From an uncultured candidate division WWE3 bacterium (GTDB lineage: Bacteria > Patescibacteriota > WWE3 > UBA101185 > UBA10185), in NCBI GenBank assembly GCA_903879985.1, contig CAIRNR010000007.1:69382-133381 (forward strand): a DNA stretch of 64,000 nucleotides, read 5' to 3'. Shown here one piece after another: positions 59,147 to 64,000 of the stretch. Within the stretch, counting starts at the first letter, position 1. Every line of letters begins with the position of its first letter. Both the position numbers and the translations under genes were made by a program. A model generated the notes under the pieces. The model had not been told where the DNA came from. It worked only from the letters and a program-made list of their open reading frames with translations, and made no database searches.

Positions 59147-62100
59147 TTAACGTTTTTGCGGAGTTTTCTTTTGATTCTTAATAAATTCGTTCATCTCGTG
59201 TAAAGCCTGTGCGGTATAAGATTGTTTATTATTCATCAAGTCGCTTAAAGAACCATTAAATATAACTTGTCCACCCGCTTCTCCACCTTCAGGACCGAGG
59301 TCTACAATCCAATCACTATTTTTAACAACATCTAAATTGTGCTCAATAACAACAACGGTGTTTCCGCGTGAAGTTAATCTTTTAAATATAGAAATCAAAT
59401 TTTCCAAATCTGCAAAGTGCAAACCGGTAGTTGGTTCGTCTAATATATAAAAAGTGCTTCCTGTGGCACGTTTGGACAATTCTAAGGCCAATTTAACTCG
59501 TTGTGCTTCTCCACCCGACAAAGTTGTAGCAGGTTGCCCAAGTTTTATGTAACCCAAACCTACATCAAATAATGTTTGAATCTTTCGGCGAATTTGTGGA
59601 ATGTTTTCAAAAAAGCCTAAAGCTTCATCAACAGTCATATCTAAAATGTCAGCGATATTTTTACCCTTAAAGTTAATTTCCAAAGCTTCGCGATTGTATC
59701 TTTTGCCATTACAAACGTCGCAGTTAACATAAACGTCGGGCATAAATTGCATTTCAATCTTTAGTTGACCATCACCACCACAAGCTTCGCAACGTCCGCC
59801 TTTAACGTTGAAACTAAATCGTCCCGGGCCGTAACCGCGCAACTTAGCTTCTTGTGTTTGTGCAAACAAATCTCGAATATGATCAAAGGTTTTTGTGTAT
59901 GTGGCTGGATTAGACTTTGGTGTTCTTCCAATAGGACTTTGGTCGATAGCGATAACGTTTGAGATGTTTTCAATACCGTAAACGCCTTTATAGGGCTCCG
60001 GCATTTCCTCGATTTTTAAACCAAACTGTTGTCGCAAGGCTTGATACAAAGTGTCCATTATCAACGTAGACTTACCTGAACCTGACACGCCTGTTATACA
60101 AACCAATTTTCCAAGCGGAACCTCGAGATCAATATTTTTTAGGTTTCTTCCGGAAGCACCCTTTAAAGTTAATGTCTTTCCTGTGATTTCCTTTTTAATT
60201 TTTGAGTTAGCTTCTTGCTCTAATAATTCTTCGAGGGCGCGCTGTTCTTTTATTCCGTTTTTACCAACAACTAACCTGCCTGATAAATATTTTCCTGTTA
60301 AAGAATTTGGATCTTTTAAAAGTTCAGCCGGAGTTCCTTCAGCGATAACCTGTCCACCATGTTCACCAGCACCTGGTCCGAAATCAAAGATATAATCACT
60401 TTCCATCATGGTTTCAGCATCGTGTTCAACAACTAAAACGCTATTTCCTAGGTCACGTAAATTGTGCAAGGTTTTTATTAACTTACCTTGATCACGTTGA
60501 TGTAAACCAATTGAAGGCTCATCCAACACGTATAAAACACCCGACAAACCTGAACCTATTTGTGAAGCTAATCTTATTCTTTGCGCTTCTCCACCGGATA
60601 AGTGCGCTGATGAGCGTGACAATGTTAAATATCCTAAACCAACATCTACCAAAAACTTTAGACGATAACTAATTTCTTTTAAAATAGTATGACCAATTAT
60701 CGTTTCGCGTTCGTTAAAGACTTCTGGTAAATGGTTGCAAAACTCTTGGGTTTTAACAATTGAGAGATTCGTGACTTCGTTAATATTTTTTTCATCAATA
60801 ACAATAGATAAGACTTCTTTTTTAAGTCGTGCGCCATTACAAACCTTGCATTGTTCGTTAATCATGAACTTTTCGATTTCGTTACGGATAAAGTCCGAAT
60901 CGGTTTCTTTATGACGACGAATAAGATTTGGTATTACACCTTCAAACTGAGCTTCGTATGAATGTTCAAGTCCGGCATTTGTTCTGTAAGAGACTTTAAA
61001 TTTTTTTCCAGGAACACCGTACATTAATATTTTTCGTGCTTCTGTAGTTAGCTCGCCGATTGGATCGTCTAGAGAAAAGTCGTATTCTTGTGCAACTTTT
61101 TTTACAACATTTTGAGTCCAAGTCTGGTGTTCAAACAATCGCTGCCATGGAAGTATTCCGCCTTCGGAAACAGACAACTTTGGATTAACAACCATGTCTT
61201 CACTAACAATTAACTGCATTCCCAAACCATCACACGCGGGACATGCACCATGAGGCGAGTTAAATGAAAAAGTTCGAGGTTCTAAATCAGGTAAAGAAAT
61301 ATTACAAAACGGGCATGCGAAGTTTTCTGATAACATGTGATCTTCAAACTTTTTTGGGTTTTCAGGAAAGTCAAAGTCAGCATCGTCAATGATTGAACAA
61401 ATAACAATGCCTGTGCTAAGTCTTAAAGCAGATTCAACTGATTGATAAAGTTGTGTTCTAAAGTTTGTGATAAATTCTGTGTCCTTAGATTTTGCTTTTG
61501 ATAATGTATGGCGTGAGATTAATGCGTCAACTGTATGTTTATTAGTTTTTATTAAATCAAACTTTTCACTTAAACTACGAACTGTTCCGTCGATTCGTGC
61601 ACGGACAATTCCCTGCTTTTTTAGGTTTTCGAATAATGTGGAGTATTCACCTTTTCTGTCTCGAATTATTGGCGAAAAAAGTATAAACCTGACACCTTTA
61701 GCTGTTTTGTAGTCGGCATGCTCACCAGCTAACTGTAGTATTTTTTCTATAATTTCGGAAGCACTCTGGCGCTGGATCTCGCGACCACAGTTTGGGCAGT
61801 GAGGATGCCCTACTCTAGCGTATAAAAGTCGTAAGTAGTCGTAAACTTCGGTGATTGTTCCAACGGTAGATCGTGGATTTTTAGAAGTAGTCTTTTGGTC
61901 AATGGCAATTGCCGGAGACAAACCTTCGATTTTGTCGACATCAGGTTTATCCATTACGCCTAAGAATTGGCGCGCATACGCCGATAAACTCTCAACGTAG
62001 CGTCTTTGACCCTCAGCATATATTGTATCCATAGCCAAAGATGACTTTCCTGATCCGGACACACCTGTAAATACCACAAATTTATTTTTGGGTATATTAA

Positions 62101-62170
62101 GATCGATATTTTTGAGATTGTGTTGTCTCGCTCCCCTGACGAGGATGTGAGTTAGGGCGCTTTCTTCCAT
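59147..62170 (-). CDS. uvrA: Excinuclease ABC subunit A
   Basis: Two GVSGSGKS Walker A motifs, LSGGEAQR twice, and Zn fingers. Confidence 0.98.
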   Translation of the reverse strand: MEESALTHILVRGARQHNLKNIDLNIPKNKFVVFTGVSGSGKSSLAMDTIYAEGQRRYVESLSAYARQFLGVMDKPDVDKIEGLSPAIAIDQKTTSKNPRSTVGTITEVYDYLRLLYARVGHPHCPNCGREIQRQSASEIIEKILQLAGEHADYKTAKGVRFILFSPIIRDRKGEYSTLFENLKKQGIVRARIDGTVRSLSEKFDLIKTNKHTVDALISRHTLSKAKSKDTEFITNFRTQLYQSVESALRLSTGIVICSIIDDADFDFPENPKKFEDHMLSENFACPFCNISLPDLEPRTFSFNSPHGACPACDGLGMQLIVSEDMVVNPKLSVSEGGILPWQRLFEHQTWTQNVVKKVAQEYDFSLDDPIGELTTEARKILMYGVPGKKFKVSYRTNAGLEHSYEAQFEGVIPNLIRRHKETDSDFIRNEIEKFMINEQCKVCNGARLKKEVLSIVIDEKNINEVTNLSIVKTQEFCNHLPEVFNERETIIGHTILKEISYRLKFLVDVGLGYLTLSRSSAHLSGGEAQRIRLASQIGSGLSGVLYVLDEPSIGLHQRDQGKLIKTLHNLRDLGNSVLVVEHDAETMMESDYIFDFGPGAGEHGGQVIAEGTPAELLKDPNSLTGKYLSGRLVVGKNGIKEQRALEELLEQEANSKIKKEITGKTLTLKGASGRNLKNIDLEVPLGKLVCITGVSGSGKSTLIMDTLYQALRQQFGLKIEEMPEPYKGVYGIENISNVIAIDQSPIGRTPKSNPATYTKTFDHIRDLFAQTQEAKLRGYGPGRFSFNVKGGRCEACGGDGQLKIEMQFMPDVYVNCDVCNGKRYNREALEINFKGKNIADILDMTVDEALGFFENIPQIRRKIQTLFDVGLGYIKLGQPATTLSGGEAQRVKLALELSKRATGSTFYILDEPTTGLHFADLENLISIFKRLTSRGNTVVVIEHNLDVVKNSDWIVDLGPEGGEAGGQVIFNGSLSDLMNNKQSYTAQALHEMNEFIKNQKKTPQKR

Positions 62171-62220
62171 AACTTCAGTATTCTACGGTAAAGTTTCGGG
62201 TTTGTGAAGAGGTTTAAGGT

Positions 62221-63201
62221 TTATTCAGCGGACTCTGCTTTTTCGCGTCTACCAGCTTCTATTGTTACCCAGTTTAGTGCGCGGAGTGTTTCTTGGACAC
62301 TTTCTCTAATATTATTTAATTGCTCATCAGTTTTGTCTTTAAAGGCTAAGGCCTTATCATCACCATATAAAGTTTTTGCTCGCTGTTCCAAAAGTGATCT
62401 GGTTTCATGAAACTTTTCGACCAACCAAGACTCCACGGACTGTACAACCTCTTTAGAACGATTCCCATCTACAAACTGATCACATCTTTCAAGAATTGTG
62501 CTCATATTCTCAGCATATTGATGTACACCATTTGTAACATTCGTCTTTTCGTCATCACGTAGTTCGGAAAAAGGAACACCATATAAATCGTGCGCGTAAT
62601 CATCGGCTTGTTGCTCTGGGTAAGGTTTAACAAAATTTTCAAAGGTGGAACGCTCGACAGTAATTATATGCGTAAATTCGGCAGCTCCAAGTCTTTCGTT
62701 TGCTTTAGGAGCCTCAACAACAATTTCATTTGGAACATAAGCTTCTTCAGGATGTTCCTGTTTTTGAAACCATGTAAATGCGCTATTCAACTTTTCAATA
62801 TCAGTATTTAACTTTTGTAATTGTGGATCTTCAATTTGATGTTCAGCAAGATTTGTGGCAACTTTATCGCCATAAATTTCTTCAGCACGCTTTGTAAATT
62901 GTGCATTCAAATCTTTCCACTCCATTAACAACCATGAATGTATGGGAGTAGTTACATCTGAGGAACGATCACCTGCTTCGAAATTTTCACAATAGGCAAA
63001 AAGAGTATGCATTTTATCTATAAAATTATTTTGCTCGTCAGTTGGATTTGGCAACGAACCTTCAACTTGCTGCAATTGTGTTTCTCTTGTAGCTACAAAG
63101 TCTTTAAAGGCACTTGCACCAGCAGTTTCATCAGCAGCCGCTTTTTCCAAACTTGGAGAGTCTTCAAAGTTAAAGGTTGTGGACATTTCGTCGATTGGCA
63201 T
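62221..63201 (-). CDS. Acidic hypothetical protein with internal two-fold repeat
   Basis: CENFEAGDRSSDV..SWL..KRAEEIYGD versus CDQFVDGNRSKEV..SWL..QRAKTLYGD. Confidence 0.75.
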   Translation of the reverse strand: MPIDEMSTTFNFEDSPSLEKAAADETAGASAFKDFVATRETQLQQVEGSLPNPTDEQNNFIDKMHTLFAYCENFEAGDRSSDVTTPIHSWLLMEWKDLNAQFTKRAEEIYGDKVATNLAEHQIEDPQLQKLNTDIEKLNSAFTWFQKQEHPEEAYVPNEIVVEAPKANERLGAAEFTHIITVERSTFENFVKPYPEQQADDYAHDLYGVPFSELRDDEKTNVTNGVHQYAENMSTILERCDQFVDGNRSKEVVQSVESWLVEKFHETRSLLEQRAKTLYGDDKALAFKDKTDEQLNNIRESVQETLRALNWVTIEAGRREKAESAE

Positions 63202-63231
63202 ATATTAATGTTATAGAATCACAACGTTTTG

Positions 63232-64000
63232 TCAATTGTTACGCTTCTTTTTATCCTTAGAATCTTTTTTATCGTCGATACACAATGTCGAAGGTATATT
63301 ACTTCCCTTAACAAATACCTCGGACTTATTACACTTAGCATCTTTTTTTACAAAAACATCATTTGGCATTGGCTCAATTTCATTTGTGGTTCCAGTTAAC
63401 ACTGCGCGCATTATTCTATTCCAAATAGGAGCCGCACCCGTTACTCCCGAAGCTAAATAAGGATTCATTACTTGCCCGTCATTATTTCCAACCCAAACTC
63501 CCACCGCATACGAAGGCGTAAATCCAAAAGTCCAATTGTCTTTTTTGTTATCGGTAGTTCCTGTTTTAACAGCCACAGTGTATCCGGGAATATTAAGTTG
63601 GTTATAAGTTCCAAAAGCCGGGGTGCGCGCATTGTTGTCGGATAAAATGTTCCACAATAAATAAGAAACTTCGGGACTAAGCACACGATTAGTTGCCGTT
63701 ACATCCGGATCCGCATGTGAGTTGTAAATTTCTTCGCTGTGACCGTCTTTAATAGCTAATATCGCGTTAGTATTTTTATATAGTCCCCCACGAGCAACCG
63801 TAGCATAAACATTATCTAAATCCAGCAACCTAACTTCACGGCCACCCAACGTAATTGATAAACCATATTTCCCATCAACAGCCCAATTTGTTAATCCCAT
63901 ATCTTTTCCCAACTGGGCGATATTATCCGGACCCAAAGCTTTGGCCAACTTAACCGCAGGAATGTTATATGAATTTGCCAGGGCAGTGCGTAAAGAAACG
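63232..64000 (-). CDS. Class A penicillin-binding protein, transpeptidase C-terminal part (5' partial)
   Basis: LANSYNIPAV (SxN), KTGTT and VWVGN; the frame runs off the window end. Confidence 0.9.
   Translation of the reverse strand, partial: VSLRTALANSYNIPAVKLAKALGPDNIAQLGKDMGLTNWAVDGKYGLSITLGGREVRLLDLDNVYATVARGGLYKNTNAILAIKDGHSEEIYNSHADPDVTATNRVLSPEVSYLLWNILSDNNARTPAFGTYNQLNIPGYTVAVKTGTTDNKKDNWTFGFTPSYAVGVWVGNNDGQVMNPYLASGVTGAAPIWNRIMRAVLTGTTNEIEPMPNDVFVKKDAKCNKSEVFVKGSNIPSTLCIDDKKDSKDKKKRNN

Noticed and set aside
476-63686. Numerous short antisense or nested ORFs in the ORF track
   Set aside because: They overlap well-supported genes and have no recognisable motifs or start signals.

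Overview
This AT-rich bacterial chromosome segment is consistent with a CPR/Patescibacteria genome (Microgenomates/WWE3-like). That assignment is inferred from gene content: IleRS2, HhH-less UvrC, PilM-like/LytR_C protein, a compact dcw cluster and large surface proteins. In order, the window holds: a 5'-truncated giant surface protein; an 8-gene glycan locus (double GT2, 2x GT4, 2x GT-C, flippase-like protein, GH); an ABC exporter; tRNA-Thr(CGT) with a MazF-type TA pair abutting it; galU/Wzy-WaaL/Wzx/GH/GH18; an ATP-grasp ligase; MFS; a P-type ATPase; an orphan-gene islet ending at tRNA-Val(CAC); lepB, rpmA, rplU; surface proteins; ileS; pduO-nrdJ; secG-murA-mraY-ftsW-murG-ftsQ-ftsA-ftsZ; three tandem orphan cassettes; uvrC; a frameshifted transglutaminase-like gene; uvrA; and a partial class A PBP. 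Five observations stand out. (1) A ~250-nt promoter/terminator-bounded RNA has RNase P topology but degenerate universal motifs. (2) A dispersed family of self-contained orphan-gene cassettes shares a YTATAG-K-[-35]-N17-TATAAT promoter, strong SD and related terminators, in a genome whose other operon-leading genes look leaderless. (3) MurA and MraY in the dcw cluster both carry catalytic-residue substitutions. (4) Tandem acceptor-stem mimics spaced by 19 nt precede tRNA-Thr. (5) A recurring TATGTTGGAA intergenic motif is present. All calls were made by eye; no searches or folding programs were run.
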